DNA of 64,000 nucleotides from Candidatus Coprenecus stercoripullorum (GTDB lineage: Bacteria > Bacteroidota > Bacteroidia > Bacteroidales > UBA932), in the NCBI GenBank assembly GCA_018715745.1, contig DVLA01000059.1, positions 6,722-70,721 of the forward strand. Reading direction: 5' to 3'. The position numbers and the translations under genes were made by a program. This document shows, piece by piece, positions 56,261 to 64,000 of the stretch. The notes under the pieces are model-generated. The model was not told the origin of the DNA. It saw only the letters and a program-made list of their open reading frames with translations, and made no database searches. Numbering within the stretch: the first letter of the stretch is position 1; every line of letters starts with the position of its first letter.

Positions 56261-57670
56261 TTATTCGAACTTCCCTACTATATCGCGCGTCCGCGCCACC
56301 CTGTCCTCAAGCACTCCCTTGTCGGTAGCTTCGCATATAAATCTCAGATAAGGCTCGGTATTGGACGGCCGGATATTGAACCACCACCCGGGGAACTCCA
56401 CCCTGTAACCGTCGAAATCCATCGACGCCGAGGGCTTCTCATGTGAAACAAAGTAATCCCTTACGGCATCCATGGCCTCGCGCTTGTGCGAAATGCGGAA
56501 ATTTATCTCTCCCGAATTGAAATAAGTCCCTATAGCGTCGACAAGGGACGAAAACGTGCGTCCACGGCGCTTCATCTCGGCAACTATGTCCAGGACAATG
56601 GATGATGCCATTATTCCGCTGTCCGAATAAAAGAAATCCTTGAAATAATAATGGCCGGCCAGCTCTCCGCCGAACAGACCGTCCAATTCCCTGAGTTTGG
56701 GGGCGGCATATGCCCGGCCTACCTTCCATGTCCTGACTTCCACACCCAAGGGTGCGAGATATTCGGCCACGGCCTTGGAACTGCGTATGTCCTGCAAGGC
56801 AATAACTTCTCCCGGCCGAAACGTTTCCGACATCCCTTTCCGCAAAACGGCGGCCGGACTCGTTCCGGTTCCCTGCATGAAAAAGTGCCCGAGCAGGGCT
56901 ATTATCAAGTCGGGTGAGACAAAACGCCCCTTCTCGTCAACGAACATGACCCTGTCCGCATCCCCGTCATAAATTACGCCGATATCGCATTTGTTTTCAA
57001 CCACGTATTTACGCAGCATCAAAGTATTGTCCGGCATCAGCGGGTTAGGCTCATGGTTCGGGAAAGAGCCGTCCATAACATCGCAGAGATAATGTATGCC
57101 GGAAGGGAAAAGGTCTTTCACTATCAACGCGGACATGCCGTTGGACAGGTCCATGGCAATATCAAGGCACGAATAGTCCCCGACATACTGCCGCTGGAAT
57201 GCCACATACTCGTCCCTGATATCGAAAGGCACCACCCTGCCCCTTCTTCCCGCAGCAGCGGGAACGCACGGGCGCCCGCCGAGAATCCATTTCTCAATGG
57301 TGCCAAGCCCGGCGTCATACCCGACAGGCAGGGCATTGCGGCACGACACTTTCAGACCGTTATCGTCTTTCGGGTTATGCGATGCGGTAATCTGCACGGA
57401 AGCGCTGAAGCCTTTCGCCGCCGTCCCGTAATATACCATGGGCGTAGTGGCCAAACCGAGATCATACACGTCGGCCCCGGCATCGGTAATACCCTTAAGC
57501 AGATATTCATGAATCTCCGGCGAAGACATGCGCATGTCCCTTCCGACAAGCACCTTGTCGCAGGAGAGCAGTTCCGGCAGGAAAAATCCTACCTTATACA
57601 CGGTATCCCTGTCGAAATCCACATTATATTTCCCTCTTATGTCGTAAGCATGAAAAGCTCCCATAGTCAA
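56261..57670 (-). CDS. phosphomannomutase/phosphoglucomutase (alpha-D-phosphohexomutase family)
   Basis: 469 aa with N-terminal FHAYDIRG, the active-site serine loop TASHNP, the Mg loop DGDADR and the sugar-binding region GELAGHY. Confidence 0.9.
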   Translation of the reverse strand: MTMGAFHAYDIRGKYNVDFDRDTVYKVGFFLPELLSCDKVLVGRDMRMSSPEIHEYLLKGITDAGADVYDLGLATTPMVYYGTAAKGFSASVQITASHNPKDDNGLKVSCRNALPVGYDAGLGTIEKWILGGRPCVPAAAGRRGRVVPFDIRDEYVAFQRQYVGDYSCLDIAMDLSNGMSALIVKDLFPSGIHYLCDVMDGSFPNHEPNPLMPDNTLMLRKYVVENKCDIGVIYDGDADRVMFVDEKGRFVSPDLIIALLGHFFMQGTGTSPAAVLRKGMSETFRPGEVIALQDIRSSKAVAEYLAPLGVEVRTWKVGRAYAAPKLRELDGLFGGELAGHYYFKDFFYSDSGIMASSIVLDIVAEMKRRGRTFSSLVDAIGTYFNSGEINFRISHKREAMDAVRDYFVSHEKPSASMDFDGYRVEFPGWWFNIRPSNTEPYLRFICEATDKGVLEDRVARTRDIVGKFE

Positions 57671-57681
57671 TACCTCCGTTC

Positions 57682-58245
57682 TTATTTGTCCAGTTTTATG
57701 TTATAGTGTGCGCTAACTTTCCCTCTGGCAATATTGTGCAGCCTGGAAGAAATCATCTTTTTCCTTATGGGTGCTGCATGGTCGGTAAAAAGCAGTCCAT
57801 CAAGATGATCCATCTCATGCTGCACCATCCTGCTGGCGAACCCATCGAATTCTTCCTCGCGGGAAATCAGGTCGGGGTCGAAATAGCGCACCCTCACTTT
57901 CCTGGGCCGGACAATATTGCAGTGGACGTCAGGCACGCTCAGGCACCCCTCCCCGTATTCGGACATTTCCGTGCTCTTTTCGAGAAAGACAGGATTTATC
58001 ATGGCCCTGCGGAAATCTTTCAGCTCCGGATACATGTCCGCAATGTCGCTCCCGTCCACTACCAGCAGCCTTATGTCCTTCCCTATCTGCGGTGCGGCAA
58101 GGCCGACACCGTCAGCATTGCGCATGGTCTCGAACATGTCGGAAACGAGTTTCCCGATCTCCTCTTTATCAATCGAGGCAATATCCATTTCCCGGGCCTT
58201 TTTCCTTAGGACCCCGGAACCGTAAATATAAATAGGCAGTATCAT
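57682..58245 (-). CDS. def: peptide deformylase
   Basis: 187 aa with motifs GVGLAAPQIG, EGCLSVP and HEMDHLDG. Confidence 0.93.
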   Translation of the reverse strand: MILPIYIYGSGVLRKKAREMDIASIDKEEIGKLVSDMFETMRNADGVGLAAPQIGKDIRLLVVDGSDIADMYPELKDFRRAMINPVFLEKSTEMSEYGEGCLSVPDVHCNIVRPRKVRVRYFDPDLISREEEFDGFASRMVQHEMDHLDGLLFTDHAAPIRKKMISSRLHNIARGKVSAHYNIKLDK

Positions 58246-58263
58246 ATCTCTAATCCGTTTGTC

Positions 58264-58683
58264 TCAAATCCGTCCGTTCCTGTCAATATGGCTTTGCAAT
58301 ATCATGGCCGCACTGATCTTGTCCACCATGGACTTGTCCCTCCGGTCCATCTTCCTTACCCCCCCGTCAATCATGGTACGCATGGCCATAACGGAAGTAA
58401 ACCGTTCATCTTCCGTAACAATCTGTATGCCAGGAAACCTTTTTCCCAATACCTTTATAAAGGAATCCACATAGGCAGCCGCCTCGGAAGGCCTGTTATC
58501 CAGGTTCATCGGATAACCGACCACAAACCGTACCACTTTTTCCCGGCTGGTATAATTTTCGAGATATTCGATTATCTTTGCGGACGGAACGGTTTCGAGG
58601 GGTTGGGCGAAAATACCCAAAGGGTCGGACACGGCTATGCCGGTCCTTTTTCTGCCGTAATCTATGCCTACGATCCGATTCAT
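58264..58683 (-). CDS. ruvX: Holliday junction resolvase-like RuvX (YqgF)
   Basis: 139 aa with N-terminus RIVGIDYGRKRTGIAVSD and C-terminal DKISAAMILQ, typical of YqgF. Confidence 0.9.
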   Translation of the reverse strand: MNRIVGIDYGRKRTGIAVSDPLGIFAQPLETVPSAKIIEYLENYTSREKVVRFVVGYPMNLDNRPSEAAAYVDSFIKVLGKRFPGIQIVTEDERFTSVMAMRTMIDGGVRKMDRRDKSMVDKISAAMILQSHIDRNGRI

Positions 58684-58706
58684 TCCGCAAAATTAGTAAA
58701 TAGTTT

Positions 58707-59567
58707 ATGCCAAAAAACAAGGACAGGAAAAAGAAGTTCTCTACCAAATACCGTTTCGTGATAATAGACGACCAGACACACGAGAGCCTGTTCGTTTTCA
58801 GAGGATCGAAACTTTCATCCATACTGGCAATATCATCCTGCGTAATACTGTTGTGCGCCGCCGTTTTCTGTCTCATAGCCTATACTCCCATAAAGCAGCT
58901 TCTTCCGGGATACCCTTCCTACCGCACCCAGGAAGCGGCCATCGACAATGCGTTCAAGATAGACTCGCTCGAGAACGAAATAAGGATATACTCGCTTCAG
59001 CTGGCGAATATCAGGAGAATCGTTACAGGGCAGGAACCGCTAAGGATAGACAGCCTCATCAGGGAAGGACAGATACCTCAGGCCGAGACCCTGGCCTTCA
59101 ACCTCAAGTCCAGGTCCGACTCCCTTCTCAGGGAAGAGGTGGACTCGACGGAACGCTATAACCTCACTTCTACCGGCAGAAAAACCGGGCAGATAGAGAG
59201 CTTCATGTTTTTCCCTCCGGTAAAGGGAGTGGTAACGGAAGGATACAGCCCGGCTACAGGCCATCCTTTCATCGATATAGCGATACCTGAGAACAGTGCG
59301 GTATGCGCCACTCTGGACGGTACGGTAATCGCCGCCTACTGGAGCGACGATACCGGGTACAATATCCAGATCCAGCACAGCAACGACCTGATATCCGTAT
59401 ACAGGCACAACACAAGGCTGCTCAAGGGCGTAGGAGACAGGGTGACTGCAGGCACCACTATAGCCATAGCCGGGGATGCAGGGAGCGTAAGCACCGGCCC
59501 GCACCTGCATTTTGAGTTGTGGCACAAGGGAGTGCCCATAGACCCATCCCTGTATGTCAAATTCTAA
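58707..59567 (+). CDS. M23 family metallopeptidase (membrane-anchored)
   Basis: 286 aa with a TM anchor and an M23 LytM domain with H..D and GPHLHFE motifs. Confidence 0.85.
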   Translation: MPKNKDRKKKFSTKYRFVIIDDQTHESLFVFRGSKLSSILAISSCVILLCAAVFCLIAYTPIKQLLPGYPSYRTQEAAIDNAFKIDSLENEIRIYSLQLANIRRIVTGQEPLRIDSLIREGQIPQAETLAFNLKSRSDSLLREEVDSTERYNLTSTGRKTGQIESFMFFPPVKGVVTEGYSPATGHPFIDIAIPENSAVCATLDGTVIAAYWSDDTGYNIQIQHSNDLISVYRHNTRLLKGVGDRVTAGTTIAIAGDAGSVSTGPHLHFELWHKGVPIDPSLYVKF

Positions 59568-59583
59568 CGACCGGCATGCCAGT

Positions 59584-60738
59584 ATGAAAAAGAAAATAGC
59601 GATATTAGGGTCCACGGGCTCCATAGGTACGCAAGCCCTTGACGTTGTCCGTTCCCACAGGGAGATGTTCGACGTATGCCTGCTGACAGCAAACAGCAAC
59701 GCATCGCTGCTGGCAAGCCAGGCCGGGGAATTCAATGCCGGGGCAGTAGTCATAGGCAACAGGGAGATGTACGGGGAGCTGTCTTCCCTTCTCGGCCCGA
59801 CAGGGACAGCCGTTTACGCCGGGAACGAAGTCATCCCGGAACTGCTTTCCGACAACGGCGAGATAGATACTGTCATAGCCGCAATGACAGGGTTCAGCGG
59901 GCTTATGCCCACCCTTGCGGCCTTAAAGGCAGGAAAGACTGTCGCCATAGCCAATAAAGAGACACTGGTGGCCGCCGGGGCCATAGTAATGGAAACGGCG
60001 CGGACGCACAACGCCTCCATTATCCCCGTGGATTCCGAGCATTCAGCCATTTTTCAGGTTCTTCAGGGCGAACATTCCCCGATAGGCAAAATACTGCTCA
60101 CCGCCTCGGGAGGGCCGTTTCTTAGGATACCGGCTTCGGAAATGGCCGCGGCAGGAGTCCATGACGCCCTCAACCACCCGAAATGGAAAATGGGCAGGAA
60201 AGTCACAATCGATTCGGCTACCCTGATGAACAAGGGATTTGAAGTTATCGAAGCCGGATGGCTTTTCGATGTACCGGTAAAAGACATAGAGGTCGTAATC
60301 CACCCCCAGTCCATAATCCACAGCATGGTTGCCTTCATGGACGGCTCCGTACTGGCGCAGATGAGCGTCCCGGATATGAGGATTCCCATACAGTACGCCC
60401 TTACCTATCCAGAGCGTATGCCTTCCGGCATACCGCAGATAGATTTCTGCAGCCTCGGGGGATTTACATTCGCAAGCCCGGACACCGAAAAATTCCCGTG
60501 CCTGAGTATCGCTTACGAGGCGGCGGCGAAAGGGGGGAACATCCCGTGCGCCATGAACGCTGCGGACGAAATAGCCGTAGAGGCATTCCTGCAAGGCAGG
60601 ATAACGCTCTGCGACATACCCGGGATAATTGCCGACACAATAGCAAAATGTACTTTCATCCAGGATCCGGACATCGACGGGATAATATCCACCGACTCCG
60701 AATGCCGCAGGACGGCAGAATCCATAATAGGTGACTAA
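59584..60738 (+). CDS. dxr: 1-deoxy-D-xylulose-5-phosphate reductoisomerase
   Basis: The start was moved to Met11 (MKKKIAILGSTGSIGTQAL). Motifs present are ANKE, DSEHSAIFQ and NHPKWKMG. Confidence 0.93.
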   Translation: MKKKIAILGSTGSIGTQALDVVRSHREMFDVCLLTANSNASLLASQAGEFNAGAVVIGNREMYGELSSLLGPTGTAVYAGNEVIPELLSDNGEIDTVIAAMTGFSGLMPTLAALKAGKTVAIANKETLVAAGAIVMETARTHNASIIPVDSEHSAIFQVLQGEHSPIGKILLTASGGPFLRIPASEMAAAGVHDALNHPKWKMGRKVTIDSATLMNKGFEVIEAGWLFDVPVKDIEVVIHPQSIIHSMVAFMDGSVLAQMSVPDMRIPIQYALTYPERMPSGIPQIDFCSLGGFTFASPDTEKFPCLSIAYEAAAKGGNIPCAMNAADEIAVEAFLQGRITLCDIPGIIADTIAKCTFIQDPDIDGIISTDSECRRTAESIIGD

Positions 60739-60753
60739 ACAAGAATATATCAG

Positions 60754-62073
60754 ATGGAAATAATACTAAAGATCATACAGGTAATACTCGCCCTCTCCCT
60801 CCTTGTTCTCGTACATGAATTCGGGCATTATATCATGGCCAGGATTTTCGGGATAAAGGTTGAAAAATTCTATCTGTTCTTCCCGCCGGCCATATTCAAA
60901 TTCAAACCCAAAAAGAGCGACACGGAGTTCGGGATAGGCTGCATACCCCTGGGTGGCTTCTGCAAGATAGCGGGAATGGTGGACGAGTCCTTGGACACCG
61001 GTTCCATGTCCACCCCTGCGAAACCCTGGGAGTTCCGTTCCAGGCCGGCATGGCAGAGGCTGCTTGTAATGACGGGCGGCATACTTATGAACCTGATTCT
61101 GGCAATTATCATATATACCGGCCTGCTCGCCGTTTTCGGAGAAGAATACCTGAAGACGGATGATGCGGTATACGGCATAGAGCCCAACGGCCTGGCCTCG
61201 GAAATGGGATTCCGTTCCGGAGACAGGGTGATAGCGTTCGACGGAGACCCCGCACCGGAAAATTTCATGGATCTGCAACCCGAACTGCTGCGTTCCCAGA
61301 TAAAGACAGTTACCGTAGTGCGTGACGGTGACACCCTTGGCATAGGCATAGACCCGGCCTACTTCCCCGCCATGCTCAACACGCCGGGCATGTTCGGTCT
61401 CAGGATACCCGTTGCCGTAGGAGAAATCCCGGACACATCCATCAATGCAGGCTCGGAACTTGCCCCGGGAGACAGGCTTGTCATGACCGGCAGTACGGAC
61501 ATACGCTTCTACCCTGAACTGCAGAAAGCGTTGGACAGGCTCAAAGGGACTACGGCGGGAATAACTGTCGAGAGGGACGGGCAGCTGATGGAAATACCCT
61601 TGAAAGTAAGTAATGACGGTAAAATAGAAGTTCTGCTCTCAGGAGACATTTCTGACTTCCATCTTACTGTAAAAGAATACAGCCTGCTTACCGCAATCCC
61701 GGCCGGGACAAAAAAGACCTTCGTCACCGTAGGAGATTATGTGAAGGAGCTCGGGCTCATATTCAAGCCGGGGACGGAAGCATATAAATCCGTAGGGAGC
61801 TTCATCACCATAGGCAGCGTATTCCCAGGCAGCTGGAACTGGCAGGTTTTCTGGAATATCACCGCCCTGCTGTCGGTAATGCTCGCCATACTCAACCTGA
61901 TACCCATACCGGCACTGGACGGGGGGCACATACTGTTTACACTGTATGAAATGGTAACCCGCCGGAAACCGTCGGTAAGATTTCTCGAGACGGCACAGAT
62001 TATCGGCATGATTTTTTTATTCGGACTAATCATACTGGCATTCGGAAACGACATCGGCCGACTGCTGCAATAA
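60754..62073 (+). CDS. rseP: RIP (site-2) zinc metalloprotease RseP, M50 family
   Basis: 439 aa with HEFGH in TM1, PDZ region(s) and the C-terminal NLIPIPALDGGH motif. Confidence 0.9.
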   Translation: MEIILKIIQVILALSLLVLVHEFGHYIMARIFGIKVEKFYLFFPPAIFKFKPKKSDTEFGIGCIPLGGFCKIAGMVDESLDTGSMSTPAKPWEFRSRPAWQRLLVMTGGILMNLILAIIIYTGLLAVFGEEYLKTDDAVYGIEPNGLASEMGFRSGDRVIAFDGDPAPENFMDLQPELLRSQIKTVTVVRDGDTLGIGIDPAYFPAMLNTPGMFGLRIPVAVGEIPDTSINAGSELAPGDRLVMTGSTDIRFYPELQKALDRLKGTTAGITVERDGQLMEIPLKVSNDGKIEVLLSGDISDFHLTVKEYSLLTAIPAGTKKTFVTVGDYVKELGLIFKPGTEAYKSVGSFITIGSVFPGSWNWQVFWNITALLSVMLAILNLIPIPALDGGHILFTLYEMVTRRKPSVRFLETAQIIGMIFLFGLIILAFGNDIGRLLQ

Positions 62074-62084
62074 TTTACCAGACT

Positions 62085-63101
62085 ATGATAAAGAAAAAGA
62101 CCACATTATTCGTACTGGCTGCCACAATCTGCATTACAACCATGTTTCTGGCATCTTCATGCAGGAACAGCGCCGATACCGACCCTTCAAGATACCTCCC
62201 GAGCGTGAGCGGGAACGCCGGTGACGTGCTGATTGTAATAAACAGGAATTTCTGGGAAGGGGAAGTCGGGGACGCTCTGAGGGATATCCTGGCCTGCGAC
62301 TATCCTTTCCTGCCCCAGAGGGAGCCGGTATTCACGCTCTACAATACTCCGCACTCCTCGTTTTCGGGAAGTTTCATGGTCCACCGCAATATAATAATAG
62401 CGAATATATCCCCGGAAATAGACAGCGCCGGCATGGAATACCACTCCAATGTATGGGCAAAACCGCAGGTGGTGGTCGGCATCAATGCAAGGGACGAAAA
62501 AGAGGCGGTAGCCATGATTGGGGAAAACCGCGAAATGATTGTCAATACAATAGAACAGGGCGAGAGGGACAGAATAATAAACAACTCCATAAAGTTTGAA
62601 GACAGGTCCGTCAGGGAAACGGTAACCGGCATAATAGGCGGCTCGCCCTACTTCCCCAGAGGATATACAATAAAGAAGAAGACGGGCGAATGCATCTGGA
62701 TATCGCAGGAAACCACCTACGTCAATCAGGGCATACTCGTTTTCAAATTCCCGTACACCGATCCCGCACAGCTTTCCCGGGAATATATGGAAAAGAAACT
62801 GTACAGCCTGTGGCAGAAACATGTGCCGGGCATGAGAGAGAACAGTTACATGACTCCAAACAGGCTTATCCAGCCGTCTTTCGAAAACATATCCTACAGA
62901 GGCATGCCGATGATAGAGATGAGAGGGCTGTGGGAAGTGGAGAACGACTACATGGGCGGCCCTTTCGTATGCCATATATTCCCCGACCGTCAAAACCGGA
63001 ACATAATCATATTAAACGGTTTTGTCTATGCCCCGAAATATGACAAAAGGAACTACCTGAGACAGGTGGAGTCTATCCTGTATTCATTCAGATGGAAATA
63101 A
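62085..63101 (+). CDS. DUF4837-like lipoprotein
   Basis: 338 aa with a lipobox (FLASSCRN). The overall sequence resembles the Bacteroidota DUF4837 family as I recall it. I recognised no catalytic motif. Confidence 0.6.
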   Translation: MIKKKTTLFVLAATICITTMFLASSCRNSADTDPSRYLPSVSGNAGDVLIVINRNFWEGEVGDALRDILACDYPFLPQREPVFTLYNTPHSSFSGSFMVHRNIIIANISPEIDSAGMEYHSNVWAKPQVVVGINARDEKEAVAMIGENREMIVNTIEQGERDRIINNSIKFEDRSVRETVTGIIGGSPYFPRGYTIKKKTGECIWISQETTYVNQGILVFKFPYTDPAQLSREYMEKKLYSLWQKHVPGMRENSYMTPNRLIQPSFENISYRGMPMIEMRGLWEVENDYMGGPFVCHIFPDRQNRNIIILNGFVYAPKYDKRNYLRQVESILYSFRWK

Positions 63102-63126
63102 ATTTTTCCGTTACGCAAAATATGTA

Positions 63127-63134
63127 TATCTTTG
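63127..63134 (+). promoter_or_regulatory. candidate -7 box (TATCTTTG) for tRNA-Glu and probably gltX
   Basis: A perfect TAnnTTTG match, 31 nt upstream of the tRNA 5' end. It shares the TATCTTTGCA core with the tRNA-Leu and rpsP promoters. Confidence 0.55.
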
Positions 63135-63165
63135 CACACCCTTAGCGGAAGGGCAAGGTTGACAT

Positions 63166-63237
63166 GGTGGATTCGTCTAACGGTTAGGACTCAAGATTCT
63201 CATTCTTGCAATAGGGGTTCGATTCCCCTATCCACTA
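63166..63237 (+). tRNA. tRNA-Glu (anticodon CTC)
   Basis: Hand-folded cloverleaf of GGTGGATTCGTCTAACGGTTAGGACTCAAGATTCTCATTCTTGCAATAGGGGTTCGATTCCCCTATCCACTA. The TTCGTCTA..GGTTAGGAC D-arm is typical of tRNA-Glu. The anticodon loop is TTCTCAT and the T-arm is AGGGG-TTCGATT-CCCCT. Acceptor pair 1:72 is G-T. CCA is not encoded. Confidence 0.85.
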
Positions 63238-63264
63238 CAATCCCTTTTCTTTTTCCTTTATATC

Positions 63265-64000
63265 ATGAAAGACACGGTAAGAACAAGATTCGCACCCAGT
63301 CCTACTGGCTACATGCATATCGGCAACCTGCGTACTGCCCTGTTCGCATACCTGTATGCAAAATCGCTCAACGGCAAATTCATTTTGAGAATTGAGGACA
63401 CGGATGCGGGACGTTATGTCGAAGGTGCAGTCGATGTAATATACAGGACGCTGAAAGCAGCGGAACTTCACTATGACGAAGGACCGGACATAGGCGGGCC
63501 TTACGGTCCCTATACGCAAAGCGAAAGAAAAAGCATTTACAGACAGTATGCGGAACGGCTGGTAGAGGAAGGCAAGGCCTATTACTGCTTCTGCGGCAAG
63601 GAGGAAAAAGGGACGGAGCCTTCGGAAGGGTACAACAGGCACTGCAGAGATCTGTCCCCGGAGCAGGTAAAGGCCCTGCTCGACGAAGGGAAACCGCATG
63701 TCATCAGACAGCGCATACCACTGACCGGTACGACCTCATGGAACGATCTCGTCTACGGGGAAATCACGGTCGACAACTCCACCCTGGACGATCAGGTCCT
63801 GCTCAAAAGCGACGGGATGCCGACATATAACTTCGCCAACGTCATAGATGACCACCTTATGGGCATCACACATATAATAAGGGGTTCCGAATACCTCTCG
63901 TCAAATCCAAAATACCTCCTGCTGTACGAAGCCCTCGGCTGGGAATCCCCGGAATACATACACCTTCCAATAATCAACGGCCAGAACCCGGACGGAACGA
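63265..64000 (+). CDS. gltX: glutamate--tRNA ligase, N-terminal part (runs off the window end)
   Basis: Hand translation from the ATG at 63265 gives [47 protein letters not shown]..., with the HIGH-type motif. It continues open to the window end (...[30 protein letters not shown]...). It is absent from the ORF track because no stop is reached. Confidence 0.93.
   Translation, partial: MKDTVRTRFAPSPTGYMHIGNLRTALFAYLYAKSLNGKFILRIEDTDAGRYVEGAVDVIYRTLKAAELHYDEGPDIGGPYGPYTQSERKSIYRQYAERLVEEGKAYYCFCGKEEKGTEPSEGYNRHCRDLSPEQVKALLDEGKPHVIRQRIPLTGTTSWNDLVYGEITVDNSTLDDQVLLKSDGMPTYNFANVIDDHLMGITHIIRGSEYLSSNPKYLLLYEALGWESPEYIHLPIINGQNPDGT

Overview
The window looks like a gene-dense, mostly housekeeping chromosomal segment from a Bacteroidota (Bacteroidales-like) genome. 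The taxon is inferred from four things: TAnnTTTG -7 promoter boxes, no Shine-Dalgarno reliance, Bacteroidota-typical families (DUF4834, DUF4837, DUF4105/Lnb, GLPGLI, long-tailed S16), and a GC content that looks moderately high by eye (not computed). I support about 58 protein genes (two look disrupted), 2 tRNAs and one tandem repeat.

Gene content, in window order:
- Start of window, minus strand: a FabZ-like fragment, fabF and fabH, then a histidine-utilisation cluster (hutH, hutI, an MBL-fold gene, fused ftcD).
- An OstA-like gene, two SurA-like genes and guaB.
- metG preceded by tRNA-Leu(CAG).
- An S41 peptidase, dCMP deaminase, acyl-CoA ligase, MsbA-like ABC transporter and nhaA.
- An arginase-family gene, kpsF and recQ.
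- DUF1015-serA-serC and pyrB-pyrI.
- A LuxC-like reductase and miaA.
- A K+/H+ antiporter.
- An RND efflux operon followed by SDR and VOC genes.
- rpsP-rimM.
- def, ruvX, dxr and rseP.
- tRNA-Glu(CUC) immediately upstream of gltX.

I found no CRISPR array, transposase, integrase, phage module, recognisable defence system or rRNA. I cannot honestly point to a clear novel multi-gene system.

The observations most worth a second look are:
1. Three perfect-period 74-bp tandem repeats upstream of nhaA, each with a palindrome and a promoter-like box.
2. A DUF362/4Fe-4S gene interrupted by one in-frame TAG.
3. tRNA genes directly upstream of aminoacyl-tRNA synthetase genes, one of them cognate (tRNA-Glu with gltX).
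4. A frameshifted beta-propeller lipoprotein gene in a small accessory insert.
5. A hut cluster that lacks urocanase and carries an MBL-fold gene.

All homology calls come from motif recognition by eye. No database search was run.
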